Part shown: positions 50,931 through 61,304 of the stretch, piece by piece
How positions within the stretch are numbered: position 1 is the stretch's first letter
Layout: each line of letters starts with the position of its first letter
Translations under genes and position numbers: made by a program
Source: Bacteroidota bacterium
GTDB lineage: Bacteria > Bacteroidota > Bacteroidia > Bacteroidales > JAHJDW01
Length of the DNA stretch: 64,000 bases
Direction of reading: 5' to 3'
Assembly (NCBI GenBank): GCA_043800975.1
Contig: JAZDMK010000325.1
Location: 4,001 to 68,000, forward strand
Notes under the pieces: model-generated
The model's database searches: none
What the model saw: the letters and a program-made list of their open reading frames with translations, nothing else
What the model was told of the DNA's origin: nothing

Positions 50931-51767
50931 ATGAAAAATACCAAAGCCGGAAAACCAATTTTCTCATCAATAAAACTTATTCTTCTTTTTGTGAATTTTT
51001 GTTTATTGATATTTTCATCCTGCAAAAAAGTCATAGATGTTAACCTAAATGACTCTGATCCAAAAATTGTAATTGAAGCTGAAATTTTCGATTCATCTAA
51101 TTGTACTGTTAAACTAACCCAATCGGTAAATTTTGATGAACCTAACATTTTTCCACCCATCACGGATGCAATTATAACGATTAGTGATAATGTGGGCCAT
51201 TCTGAAATCCTGTGTCAAACTTCGCCTGGGTTATACTCTTCTTCTGCTTTGATGGGTATTCCTGGCAGAGAGTACATTCTTAATGTAACTATTGGAGGCA
51301 ATAGCTATTCGGCAACTTCTTCGATGCCTTACCCTGTTGAAATCGACACTATTGCTTTCGAGAGCATTGGTGCTTTTGGTAATAGTACACAAATGGCCAA
51401 TATTTCATTTCTCGATCCTGCTGGTGTAAAAAATTACTATCATTTCATTGAGGTAGTAAACGGAAATATTCAGACACCTATATTTATTTATGAAGATCGT
51501 TTTGATGATGGAAAACCAATATCAACCACATTACTAAATGATCCTGGTCAGGGAGGTGATAACAGTGATATATCATCTGGTGATACTGTATTGGTACTTC
51601 TTCAATGTACTGATAAAGGTGTGTATGAATATCTTTCAACACTTAGTCAATCTGGTAGTGGAATGCAATCATCCACACCAGCAAACCCAAAATCTAATTT
51701 TAGCAATGGGGCTTTGGGTTTCTTTAACGCATGTTCAGTCCGTAAATTTTCAATCGTGGTTCCCTGA
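50931..51767 (+). CDS. DUF4249-like lipoprotein
   Basis: Start at MKNTKAGKPIFSSIKLILLFVNFCLLIFSSCKK (lipobox). The upstream part of track ORF 50643 overlaps the receptor gene in another frame. Confidence 0.55.
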   Translation: MKNTKAGKPIFSSIKLILLFVNFCLLIFSSCKKVIDVNLNDSDPKIVIEAEIFDSSNCTVKLTQSVNFDEPNIFPPITDAIITISDNVGHSEILCQTSPGLYSSSALMGIPGREYILNVTIGGNSYSATSSMPYPVEIDTIAFESIGAFGNSTQMANISFLDPAGVKNYYHFIEVVNGNIQTPIFIYEDRFDDGKPISTTLLNDPGQGGDNSDISSGDTVLVLLQCTDKGVYEYLSTLSQSGSGMQSSTPANPKSNFSNGALGFFNACSVRKFSIVVP

Positions 51768-51814
51768 ATAATCTGTCTAAGTTTTCTTGCGGAACAACAA
51801 TAAAAAAGAATCTA

Positions 51815-52078
51815 ATGAATAACGAATTAACACCGATCACAATAATCCATAGTTCCGGAATACTGTTAAAAATCCTTCTTCAGTCTCAATCAAAAGAAAT
51901 GAACTTCAGAGAACTGCAGTCAGAATCCAATCTGGATAACATGTGTTTTCACATGTCAATTGGATATTTGTTCAATGAAGGATCCATAATTTTTTTTGAA
52001 GTGGAAGATGATTTAAGAATTCGATTATTGAAAACATCGGAGGAGTTAACTAAAAACAAATCCCAATGTCAGTTCTGA
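51815..52078 (+). CDS. Small hypothetical protein (87 aa), possibly winged-helix-like
   Basis: ORF preceding the efflux operon. The functional guess is weak. Confidence 0.35.
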   Translation: MNNELTPITIIHSSGILLKILLQSQSKEMNFRELQSESNLDNMCFHMSIGYLFNEGSIIFFEVEDDLRIRLLKTSEELTKNKSQCQF

Positions 52079-52105
52079 AAAATCAATTATTAATCCGTAT
52101 TCACA

Positions 52106-53536
52106 ATGAATTCTAAAATGAAAATCAATACAAGGCTTACACTTTTTTTAATCATAACACTGCTATTTACACATTCTTCCCGGGCACAAAACTGGAACCT
52201 GAAACAATGTGTTGACACAGCATTAAAAAATAATACCAGTGTTCAACTGTCAGCAAATACGATAGATTTAAATAATATTTCACTCAGGCAAAGTAAAGAT
52301 AACTTGTTCCCGAATCTGAACGCCAGTGCCGGAGAAACCTTTAGTCCAGTGCTAATTTCGGATGGAAATCAAACCGATAATTCCTGGAGTAATAATCTTT
52401 CTTTGAACTCGTCCTTTACTATTTTCAATGGATTTCAAAACCGAAATACAGTTAAACAAAATCAAATCGATTATGATGCATCAAAGTATGACCTTGAAAG
52501 TATAAAAAACGAAATCATATTAAATGTTATTGAAGCTTATCTTCAGGTTCTGTATAACGAAGAACAGTTAAAAAATGCAAAAAATACAGTTGATGCTTCT
52601 CTGTCACAACTTGAAAATGCTAAAAATTTTGTTTCTGTCGGAAAAAAGACCGAAAGCGATCTGTTGCAGATAAAATCACAATTAGCCAGCGACAATCTTT
52701 CACTTGCCAATGCAATGGGTCAACTGAAATCAGCAAAGCTGAATCTGCAGCAAATAATGAACATTCCCGCTTCAGAATTATTTGAAATCGATTATCCTCG
52801 CTACACTCTACCATTGATGAAAGATTCGGTTCGTATAGATGAAATTTACAAAATGGCATTAGCCAAACAACCGGTCATTAAATCGTATCAATTAAAAACC
52901 GAAAGTGCAAAATACGGAATTGAAATTGCTAAAGGCGGGCTGCTTCCCAGATTATCTTTCAATACTAGCGTGCTGACCAGCTACTCAAGCCTGGCAAAAT
53001 TATCAACGCTTGATTATCAGAACAGCATTCAGGAAATCGGTTATTTGCAAAGCAATCCTGCAGAAATGGTAATGGGAAATGTGTCAAACCCGGTATACAC
53101 ATACTCAAACTATTCCTATGGTAAACAATTTAAAGACAATTTTGGGCTTTCATTTTCATTGTCGCTTTCGGTTCCGATTTTTAACAACCACAATACGAAA
53201 AACAATATCTCGATTCAAAAAATCAATTTTCGCAATGCCCTGTTAAATGAGCAAAATATTCAAAGCGACTTAAGGAAAAAAATTGAACAGTCTTGTATTG
53301 ATGTTGAAAATTCATATTCAAAATTTATTGCTGCTGGTGAACAGGTAAATGCGAGTGCAGCATCCTATCAAAATTCAATAACAAAATATTATAACGGGAT
53401 GATGAGCCTGTCAGATTTATTTCTTGATAAAAACAAAAATACCAAAGCTCAGTCAGAGCTTATTCAGGCAAAATATCAGCTGATTTACGATCTGAAAATA
53501 CTGGATTATTACAAAGGAATACCCATAACACTTTAA
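52106..53536 (+). CDS. TolC-family outer-membrane efflux protein
   Basis: Signal peptide, W..L..CV..AL..N start, and two long coiled-coil repeat halves typical of the OEP family. Confidence 0.8.
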   Translation: MNSKMKINTRLTLFLIITLLFTHSSRAQNWNLKQCVDTALKNNTSVQLSANTIDLNNISLRQSKDNLFPNLNASAGETFSPVLISDGNQTDNSWSNNLSLNSSFTIFNGFQNRNTVKQNQIDYDASKYDLESIKNEIILNVIEAYLQVLYNEEQLKNAKNTVDASLSQLENAKNFVSVGKKTESDLLQIKSQLASDNLSLANAMGQLKSAKLNLQQIMNIPASELFEIDYPRYTLPLMKDSVRIDEIYKMALAKQPVIKSYQLKTESAKYGIEIAKGGLLPRLSFNTSVLTSYSSLAKLSTLDYQNSIQEIGYLQSNPAEMVMGNVSNPVYTYSNYSYGKQFKDNFGLSFSLSLSVPIFNNHNTKNNISIQKINFRNALLNEQNIQSDLRKKIEQSCIDVENSYSKFIAAGEQVNASAASYQNSITKYYNGMMSLSDLFLDKNKNTKAQSELIQAKYQLIYDLKILDYYKGIPITL

Positions 53537-53547
53537 TTCAAACAACC

Positions 53548-54720
53548 ATGAAAAAATTATTTATTTCAACAGCTGTCATATTGGTGCTGGTGCTTATATA
53601 TTTCCTTTTCTTTCGAAACAAAGCAAAAGAAAAAGTAGAATACGAATATGCTGAAATCACCAAAGGCAACATAGTTCACGTAATCACAGCAACGGGTACA
53701 TTAAACGCTTCAAGAACCATCGATGTGGGTACTCAGGTCTCCGGGATTGTTTCAGAAGTATATGTCGATTACAATGATGTAGTTGTAAAAGGGCAGGTGA
53801 TTGCACGCATTGATACGGCTTCCTTAGCCACTGCGGTCATGGAACAGGAGGCAAATATGCTGAAAGCAAACGCACAGTTTGTTCAGAAAGAAAAAGAATA
53901 CCTGAGGTATGTTGTTTTAATTGGTCAGAAGTCAATATCTCAAAGCGATTTCGATCTGGTGAAAGCTGAATACATTTCTGCTCAAAGCACGTTGAAATCG
54001 GCACAGGCACAGCTGAAAAAGGCTAAGTCAAATCTTAAATATGCTACCATTACAGCTCCAATAAGTGGTATTGTAATTTCAAGAAATGTAAATGTAGGCC
54101 AAACGGTGGCAGCCAGTTTCTCAACGCCTACTCTTTTTACGATTGCCAACGACCTTAGCAAAATGCAGCTGCAGGCTAAAATCGATGAGGCAGATATCGG
54201 GTACATTAAAAAAGGTCAACAGGTTTCATTTACTGTTGATGCCTATCCCGATGAAAAGTTTCTGGGAACGGTTGAGCAAATCCGCTTGCAGCCGACTACA
54301 AATCAAAATGTAGTAACATACAGTGTAATTATCGATGCACCGAACCCTGATTTGAAACTGCTCCCGGGCATGAGTGCGAACCTTTCGGTCAGTGTCGAAG
54401 AACATAAAGATGTATTAACGGTTCCGTTGGCTTCTGTTTTCTTCAATCCCGATGAAAGCAAACCAAATGTAAATGTGATGGGCAGTTCAACAATCTGGTT
54501 GGTTTGTAAAGAGCAGAGTGGAAATGCCCAACAGTTCAACGGTGTTTTCATGAAGCCTGTTGCTGTGATTAAAGGTCTCGACAATGGTTCAATGGTTGAA
54601 ATTTCCGGAAAAGAAATAAAGATAGGTGACAAAGTAGTACTCGGTAAAAAAGATGTAGTATCCGAACAAAAGAAAGGGCTATTGAATCCCCCCAAAGGAG
54701 GCCCGCCCAAAATGGATTAA
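53548..54720 (+). CDS. Efflux periplasmic adaptor (HlyD/MacA-like)
   Basis: N-terminal TM, lipoyl-like GQVIARID, coiled coil, ATITAPISGIV, beta-barrel region. Confidence 0.8.
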   Translation: MKKLFISTAVILVLVLIYFLFFRNKAKEKVEYEYAEITKGNIVHVITATGTLNASRTIDVGTQVSGIVSEVYVDYNDVVVKGQVIARIDTASLATAVMEQEANMLKANAQFVQKEKEYLRYVVLIGQKSISQSDFDLVKAEYISAQSTLKSAQAQLKKAKSNLKYATITAPISGIVISRNVNVGQTVAASFSTPTLFTIANDLSKMQLQAKIDEADIGYIKKGQQVSFTVDAYPDEKFLGTVEQIRLQPTTNQNVVTYSVIIDAPNPDLKLLPGMSANLSVSVEEHKDVLTVPLASVFFNPDESKPNVNVMGSSTIWLVCKEQSGNAQQFNGVFMKPVAVIKGLDNGSMVEISGKEIKIGDKVVLGKKDVVSEQKKGLLNPPKGGPPKMD

Positions 54721-54739
54721 TTAAAATTTAATTTTCAAA

Positions 54740-55507
54740 ATGCAAACTTCAAATACAGAGCTACTACAATTTAAGGACATCTGGAAAACATACCAGATCG
54801 GTGATACAATATTGCATGCCCTGCGGGGAATCAATCTGACAATCGTTAAGGGTGAATTTACTGCTATCATGGGCGCATCCGGTTCGGGCAAATCAACCTT
54901 GATGAATCTTTTAGGTTGTATGGATCGACCGACTAAGGGAAAATATTTTTTTCTGAATGAAGATACCACAATACAAAATAACAAACAGCATGCAAAGCTG
55001 AGAAGAGAAAATTTCGGATTTGTCTTTCAATCTTACAATCTTTTATCCCGCACCTCTGTTTTTGAAAATGTGGAGTTGCCTTGTTTATACAGCTCAAAGC
55101 ACAACAAAAAGAAAAGGAAGGAAATTGTATTAAATGCCCTCGAACAAGTAGGGTTAAGCGATCGGTTCAAAAGTAAATCCAACCTGCTCTCCGGGGGGCA
55201 GCAGCAGCGCGTGGCTATTGCCAGAGCGATTGTAAACAATCCACACGTGATTTTTGCTGACGAACCAACGGGCAACCTTGATACAAGAACAAGCTATGAA
55301 ATCATTTCCATTTTTCAGAAACTGAATCAGCAGGGTACAACAATCATTCTTGTAACACATGAACCCGATATTGCCGATTTTGCAAATCGTAAAATTGTTT
55401 TTAAGGATGGCAAAATTATTTCCGACACACAGAATATTAATCCTAAAAATGCACAGGAAGAATTTGAAAAACTTCCTCTGATTGACGAAACCCCTGATAT
55501 GCTATGA
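54740..55507 (+). CDS. ABC transporter ATP-binding protein (MacB/LolD type)
   Basis: Walker [10 protein letters not shown], signature [14 protein letters not shown], Walker [12 protein letters not shown]. Confidence 0.9.
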   Translation: MQTSNTELLQFKDIWKTYQIGDTILHALRGINLTIVKGEFTAIMGASGSGKSTLMNLLGCMDRPTKGKYFFLNEDTTIQNNKQHAKLRRENFGFVFQSYNLLSRTSVFENVELPCLYSSKHNKKKRKEIVLNALEQVGLSDRFKSKSNLLSGGQQQRVAIARAIVNNPHVIFADEPTGNLDTRTSYEIISIFQKLNQQGTTIILVTHEPDIADFANRKIVFKDGKIISDTQNINPKNAQEEFEKLPLIDETPDML

Positions 55508-56724
55508 ACTTCCTCAACCTGATTTTATCTGCATTCAAATCGCTTCGGAAAAATAAATTCCGTACATTCCTTACCATGCTTGGTATAATCATCGGTGTGT
55601 CCGCTGTTATTATTATGCAATCCATTGGAAAGGGAACTGAAGCAGATATTAATTCCAGAATCGCAAGTCTGGGAACAAACCTGATCATGATTAGTCCTGC
55701 TGCTACAAACGCTCAGGGTGTAAAAATGGATGCAGGTTCTCAGCAAAGCCTGAAAATTGAGGATGTGGATATGATCAAACGATACAGTCCCTCAACAAAA
55801 TTTATTTCTCCCGTTATTCGTTCATCAGCTCAATTAAAATATGCCTCCAAAAATTGCAGAAGCAGCATCATGGGCGTTTCTCAGGATTATCTTCAGATTC
55901 GCGATATTAAACTTGTCAGCGGAGCTCCCTTCACTTCCGATGATATAAAAAAATCATCCAAAGTTTGTATGATCGGGAAGACTGTGAAAACAAACTTATT
56001 CGCATCCGATGAAAATCCACTGGGTAAAATTATTCGTGTAGGCTCTGTTCCATTTACTATAATTGGTGTATTGAAGGACAAGGGTCAGAGCGGCTTCGGA
56101 CAGGATCAGGATGATATTGTCATTGCACCCTACACAAGTGTTCAAAACAGAATCACAGGATCAGAATATCTCCAGCAAATCTATGTTTCTGCACTCAACG
56201 ATACGTATGTTACTCGGGCTGTTCTGGAAATTTCTTCCTGCCTTCGTATCAGTCATAGGCTTCCCATGGGTTCGGAAGATGATTTTACGATCAGCACCCA
56301 GTCCGAAATTATGGAAACTGCCAAAAGTATTACAGGCACAATTACTTTACTTTTAGCCAGCATTGCAGCCATATCTCTTCTGGTAGGTGGCATTGGTATT
56401 ATGAACATCATGTTTGTTTCTGTCACGGAACGTACACGTGAAATCGGTGTGCGGCTTGCCATTGGTGCCACATCTTTCGATGTAATGATGCAATTTCTGA
56501 TCGAGGCTATTGTTCTTACTATTACTGCTGGTTTTCTCGGTATAGTATTCGGAGTACTTTTATCAAATCTGGTATCCGCAGCCGCTGGTATAAGTACCAT
56601 CATTACTACATCATCTATTCTGTTATCATTCTTTGTAAGTTCAATCATCGGAATCTTCTTCGGCTGGTATCCCGCACGAAAAGCATCAAAGCTCAATCCG
56701 ATTGAAGCACTCAGGTATGAGTAA
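55504..56724 (+). CDS. ABC transporter permease (MacB periplasmic core + FtsX domain)
   Basis: ATGA overlap with the ATPase gene. N-terminal TM, large periplasmic domain, C-terminal FtsX-like TMs, ending PARKASKLNPIEALRYE. Confidence 0.85.
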   Translation: MNFLNLILSAFKSLRKNKFRTFLTMLGIIIGVSAVIIMQSIGKGTEADINSRIASLGTNLIMISPAATNAQGVKMDAGSQQSLKIEDVDMIKRYSPSTKFISPVIRSSAQLKYASKNCRSSIMGVSQDYLQIRDIKLVSGAPFTSDDIKKSSKVCMIGKTVKTNLFASDENPLGKIIRVGSVPFTIIGVLKDKGQSGFGQDQDDIVIAPYTSVQNRITGSEYLQQIYVSALNDTYVTRAVLEISSCLRISHRLPMGSEDDFTISTQSEIMETAKSITGTITLLLASIAAISLLVGGIGIMNIMFVSVTERTREIGVRLAIGATSFDVMMQFLIEAIVLTITAGFLGIVFGVLLSNLVSAAAGISTIITTSSILLSFFVSSIIGIFFGWYPARKASKLNPIEALRYE

Positions 56725-57024
56725 AGTTGTAAATAACCGAAAAAGTTATACAAATCCGGTTCTTAAATAATTATTAGTTGATTCCTTTTAATTGGATTTA
56801 TTTTAAAGTGATCCGGGTTGTCTGAGTTTGTTTTTACAAACCAAAGAACAAATTAAACAAATGACTTCCCCGGATCACCAACCATTCCACTTCTTCATCC
56901 ATATAAAAGTGCAGTATAAACCAAATTACCATCATGAAAAATAGGCATGGAATGAAGTAGTATGGTATTCTTTAGCATGTGTAAAAGTAATTATGAAAAA
57001 TATTTCTTAATTTACTCATCATCC

Positions 57025-57051
57025 TGAAACGGACAAATTTGTACCTGAAAC
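57025..57051 (-). promoter_or_regulatory. LytTR-box-like site in reverse orientation
   Basis: TGAAACGGACAAA (57025-57037) is the reverse complement of TTTGTCCGTTTCA. A second TGAAAC lies at 57046-57051, again 21 bp away. Confidence 0.4.
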
Positions 57052-57605
57052 TAGAATGGAATAATTTCCATTTTCATAATGAAATGACTTTTGGTGTTCA
57101 GAAAAAAACATACATTCTTCAAACGATTTTTAAATAAAACCTAGCATGGATTCATTACATGCTTCTTCAATCCTCATTGATACTATGAACTCACATAATA
57201 ACACATATCAGGAAAATATTTAGTCTCTTAATTTCTTTTAAGAATTTTTCAAGAATCTGATCAAAGATTTCGCAACACTCTTCATCATCAAAAAAACAGA
57301 GACAGCAAGCATAAAAGCCCAACGCAAGAAATTATTTGAGGTTCTTCTGGATGAAGGAATACTTTGTATTCTGGAAAAAACGAAATAACCGTTGTTGCGA
57401 TTTTTTTTCTTTCCTACAAACATAGTACACTACGAAGCCTTCATAAGTTCGCGCGTAAACCGATCTTTCATTATCAACCTGTTCGGTCAGTATGAATGCA
57501 ATCACCTTTGCTTCCCCTTCTTCAACTCTTATTTGTAAGAAGAAAGTATCGCTAAATTTATTTGGATGAATTTTATTATCTTTGACATGATCAAAAAACA
57601 CGACT

Positions 57606-57818
57606 ATGAAAAAGCTTATTCTTATTCCGGTCTTATTTTTATTTAATTTTTGTGTGGCAGGAACCGGAAGTGCTTATGACGGGCAATTTTTAATTTTTGC
57701 TATGGTAGCTTTTTTGCTTTCTATCGTTTTCGTAATTTTTTTATTTGATTATTTCAAAAAGAGGATACAAAGGCGAAGAGAGCACATGATGGGAGATGAA
57801 GAAACCCACAATTTGTAA
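57606..57818 (+). CDS. Small membrane protein (70 aa)
   Basis: Signal-like MKKLILIPVLFLFNFCVAG, second TM FLIFAMVAFLLSIVFVIFLF, basic tail. Confidence 0.45.
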   Translation: MKKLILIPVLFLFNFCVAGTGSAYDGQFLIFAMVAFLLSIVFVIFLFDYFKKRIQRRREHMMGDEETHNL

Positions 57819-58013
57819 TATGCATTATAGCTTTGGTTTGTGTAATGCCTGCATAGAATCCTTTTATCAACTACTTCAAAAATTCCACCAAACAAATCTG
57901 TTGCTCCTCAATAAATTTTCTGTTGCGAACTGAGGTTTCACTTTCATAAGCTATTGGGCATAGCTCCATGTATAGGCAGTGGTCTTAATTAATTTTCTAC
58001 TTAATTTTCCTCT

Positions 58014-58316
58014 CTATTTGATTGTAACTACGATTGCAGTACCGATTCTGTATTTGATTGAATTTATCGTAGAAGCGTCAAAAAAAGTGTGTTGACTAAA
58101 TGAGTTTTTCAATACGGATTTCATTTTACTTTTTAATTTTCCTGTCCCTTCTCCATGAATAAACACAATTCGCAAACCTTTCTGATTTCTGTGTTTGTAT
58201 AATGCTTTTTGAAAAACATCCAACTGATACTCTAACATAGCTGCATTATCCAATCCTGAAAAGTGGTCGAGTAAACTTTCGATATGTAAATCAATTTCAA
58301 TTGTATTCATAATCAC
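58014..58316 (-). CDS. Smr-domain-like small protein
   Basis: IEIDLHIE...LRIVFIHGEGTGKLKSKMKSVL resembles the Smr DLHG / HGxGxGxL pattern. Confidence 0.5.
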   Translation of the reverse strand: MIMNTIEIDLHIESLLDHFSGLDNAAMLEYQLDVFQKALYKHRNQKGLRIVFIHGEGTGKLKSKMKSVLKNSFSQHTFFDASTINSIKYRIGTAIVVTIK

Positions 58317-58349
58317 TCTAATTAAATCAATACTATCCAGCTGGATGAT

Positions 58350-59039
58350 CTATTTTAAAATGGTTAGAAGCTCCGTTAACTTTGTAATTTCATGATACTG
58401 CCCGGCAGCAATTTTATTATCGGCATGCTCGTGCTGCCAGGTTGTGTGAAAGGGAATATGCACCGCGCGGCCACCCATGGCAAGCACGGGAAGAACATCG
58501 GATTTCAGAGAATTTCCGATCATTAAAAATTCTTCGGGATTAATGTTTAAACGTGTAATCAGTTTTTGATATTCTGTTTCGTTTTTTTCCTGCATAATTT
58601 CGATGTGATGAAAATGAGGAAGCAATCCGGAGCTGATTAATTTACGATGCTGATCGATGGGATCGCCTTTGGTTGCTACGGCAAGACGGTATTTACTTTT
58701 CAGATTGTTTAATAAAAATTCTATGTCATCCAATAATTCAACCGGCGTTTGCAGCAAAGATTTTCCCAGATCAAGAATTTTTTCAATGGTTTCAGCACTT
58801 ACTTTTTTATTGCTGATGCGGATGGCCGTCTCAATTAATGAGAGGGTGAAACTCTTTGCACCGTAGCCATACTTATCAATGTTTGCGATTTCTGTTTTGA
58901 ATAATTCAGCAGAAGTTTTATCCTGTGGCATGAATTCTTCCAGCAGATTACAAAACACTTTTTCTGCATCCTGATAGTAGGGTTCGTTCACCCAAAGGGT
59001 ATCATCGGCATCGAATGCAATTACTTTGATTTGGTTCAT
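58350..59039 (-). CDS. HAD-superfamily hydrolase
   Basis: Motif I VIAFDADDTLW, motif II LAVATKG, motif IV-like MIGNSLKSDV. Confidence 0.8.
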   Translation of the reverse strand: MNQIKVIAFDADDTLWVNEPYYQDAEKVFCNLLEEFMPQDKTSAELFKTEIANIDKYGYGAKSFTLSLIETAIRISNKKVSAETIEKILDLGKSLLQTPVELLDDIEFLLNNLKSKYRLAVATKGDPIDQHRKLISSGLLPHFHHIEIMQEKNETEYQKLITRLNINPEEFLMIGNSLKSDVLPVLAMGGRAVHIPFHTTWQHEHADNKIAAGQYHEITKLTELLTILK

Positions 59040-59043
59040 TGGC

Positions 59044-59844
59044 TTATAAAGTTCTAAAGTGTTTCATTAAAACCCTGAAAACACCATCAAAATCGGGTAG
59101 TTGGTGAATCTGGTTTTTAAGACTCTTATCCCACATTCCTTTAAAAACGGATTCTTTACTTTTAAGTTTTTCAAGATAACCAGAGGGCTCGAGACCTTTG
59201 TGAGCCATCTTTTGATGAAAGCCCCCGATGTGATCCGCTAATGCAATACCATAATCATCCAGCAAAAACCAAAGATCATAAATATCGCGCGGCTGGGAAC
59301 GTTCGATCAGAGAACGCATTTTTTCAACCAAGACTTCGGACAGAGAATAACACTGGAGAGAAAATGCATCTGATAAATCGGAGTAATTCCGGAAAACAGG
59401 GGAAAGAGGAACATCATAGATAATTTGCTCGTTGCGGGTGAAATCTAATTTAAGATCTTTTTTGCCAAAGGTGCCACCCATAGGGCCGCCGTAAACAACA
59501 TAGCAGTTCATGTTACCGGTTTGAAAAGTTTCAACAGAAATGCGTTTCAGCTGAATATTGGCTTCATCGAGAATGAAAGCAAAAACATTTTCGAATTCTT
59601 CAAAAATATTTTCATTGGTTATAGCATCATCTGTAAGTGTAAAATCAAGGTCTTCAGAAAAACGATACTCGTTGAAATATACTTTTTTCAGAACGGTACC
59701 TCCTTTAAAAACGAGATGCTGATTAAGAAATACATTGCGGGAAATTCCAAAAAGAATCCACGAAATGATATAATCCTTTTCGATCTGTGTATCGCTGACA
59801 TTGTTTGCAGATGCAGCTTTTTGTATTTCGCCCGGCTTAATCAT
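59044..59844 (-). CDS. AbiEii/AbiGii-family nucleotidyltransferase toxin (type IV TA)
   Basis: LVFKGGTVLKKVYFNEYRFSEDLDFT matches the DUF1814/AbiEii signature. Confidence 0.8.
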   Translation of the reverse strand: MIKPGEIQKAASANNVSDTQIEKDYIISWILFGISRNVFLNQHLVFKGGTVLKKVYFNEYRFSEDLDFTLTDDAITNENIFEEFENVFAFILDEANIQLKRISVETFQTGNMNCYVVYGGPMGGTFGKKDLKLDFTRNEQIIYDVPLSPVFRNYSDLSDAFSLQCYSLSEVLVEKMRSLIERSQPRDIYDLWFLLDDYGIALADHIGGFHQKMAHKGLEPSGYLEKLKSKESVFKGMWDKSLKNQIHQLPDFDGVFRVLMKHFRTL

Positions 59845-59847
59845 TCG

Positions 59848-60669
59848 TTAATAACTGAGTGATGATAAAATAGTTTCTGAATCGATGTTCTGCTGAACAC
59901 GCCAACGAGAGAGCATTTTGCCCTGTTGTGGCAAAGATGGATCAAGCAGGGTGAACGCATTTGTGCGAAATTTATAAAGTTTTTTTATTATGGGTGTGCT
60001 TATGTTTAATAATTCCAATAAAAAACCCAGACGCTTGATAACGGCCTGATTTCCGAATTGAATTGCATCTTTGTGTAGTTTAGAAAAATCAATTTTTTCA
60101 CGTGATTTAAAAAGAGCCTTGGCAATTTCAACAACACCGCCTGCATAGGCTGGCATGAAAAGACAGTCGATGATTGTTTTTTCGAGATCACTGCAACGAA
60201 CTTTATTAAAATTATCGATCCAAATGTTTTTTGCACCGAAGAAGTGGGAGGCATTGTGAAACACAAATTGAAACTCGATGTCCTTAACAAAGATGGATTT
60301 TTTATTTGTTTTTTTCCTGACCACAATCTGCTCTTTGAGGGCTGGCTGGGTGATCAGGCTATGTATAGAAAGAGCGCTGTAATAGCCAATGTAATAATCG
60401 TCCTGTTCCACTAAGTTTGCTGCTGTAATGTGCCAGTCGGGCTGGTAGGTTTCGGGTGCTTTATCGTATGGTATGATGTGGTAAAGACCGTCTTTAATGC
60501 GCATGAGCAGGCCTCTTTTAATCATGTTGCTTACAAGCTTGCGTGCTGAATCTATAGAGGAATCCGGAAGAAGATTGGTGGCCTCAGAAAGAGAAAAGAA
60601 TTGCTTATCCCGGTCATTTAATGAAGCCAGAAGTAAAGCAGAAGCATCCAGAATTGTTTTATGTTTCAT
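59848..60669 (-). CDS. AbiEi-family antitoxin/transcriptional regulator
   Basis: Lies immediately upstream of the AbiEii gene (3-nt gap) on the same strand. N-terminal winged-helix-like region (LVSNMIKRGLLMRIKDGLY). Confidence 0.7.
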   Translation of the reverse strand: MKHKTILDASALLLASLNDRDKQFFSLSEATNLLPDSSIDSARKLVSNMIKRGLLMRIKDGLYHIIPYDKAPETYQPDWHITAANLVEQDDYYIGYYSALSIHSLITQPALKEQIVVRKKTNKKSIFVKDIEFQFVFHNASHFFGAKNIWIDNFNKVRCSDLEKTIIDCLFMPAYAGGVVEIAKALFKSREKIDFSKLHKDAIQFGNQAVIKRLGFLLELLNISTPIIKKLYKFRTNAFTLLDPSLPQQGKMLSRWRVQQNIDSETILSSLSY

Positions 60670-61304
60670 GATGTTTATGTGACTTGCGAAGTCCTATTAC
60701 AAGTATAAAACATAACAAAAGTAGTAAAATTTATTAAAAACGGCAAGAAAACATTAAAAAAAGATAATTTTCATATCAGGAATATCAGATGCTGTTGAAA
60801 AGCGTGCAACCTCAATATTGAATTAGCCAAACAATGGCAAAATCTATGTGTATTTGCCAAAGTTTTGAATGGTTAAATGTTAAATATGTGTCTTTTATGA
60901 ATTATGTAAATCTAAGATAAAGATAAGTAAATTAATGGCAATATCTTAAATAAGTGCCGAAGATTTGCACAGCTTTTTTAATGGTTATGACTTAAAAATT
61001 GTTTGCCGATTTCAAAATACAATGAAAATTTTATTTTTCGATGTCAAGTTTACTGAGCAGAAAACCAGACATATTCTCATTCTCCATATGCATAAAATTT
61101 AGTTTGGTTACATATATACGAAATGATCTGAATCCCCCAACCAACTAAGTCTATCTCATAATTAAATTTTAATATTTTACAAATTTCATTTTAAATTTAT
61201 TAATAACTTGGACTTTAAATTTTAAGACATCTTAGTGGGGATACTTTTATTCAATGCTAAAGAGAGAATTCTATTTCTCCTTTTTTACATACCTTTGCAT
61301 ATCC

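Noticed and set aside
60670-61304. Integrated mobile element or att site at tRNA-Arg.
   Set aside because: No integrase, transposase or repeat of the tRNA 3' end was seen anywhere in the window, so only the weaker island hypothesis is kept as a finding.
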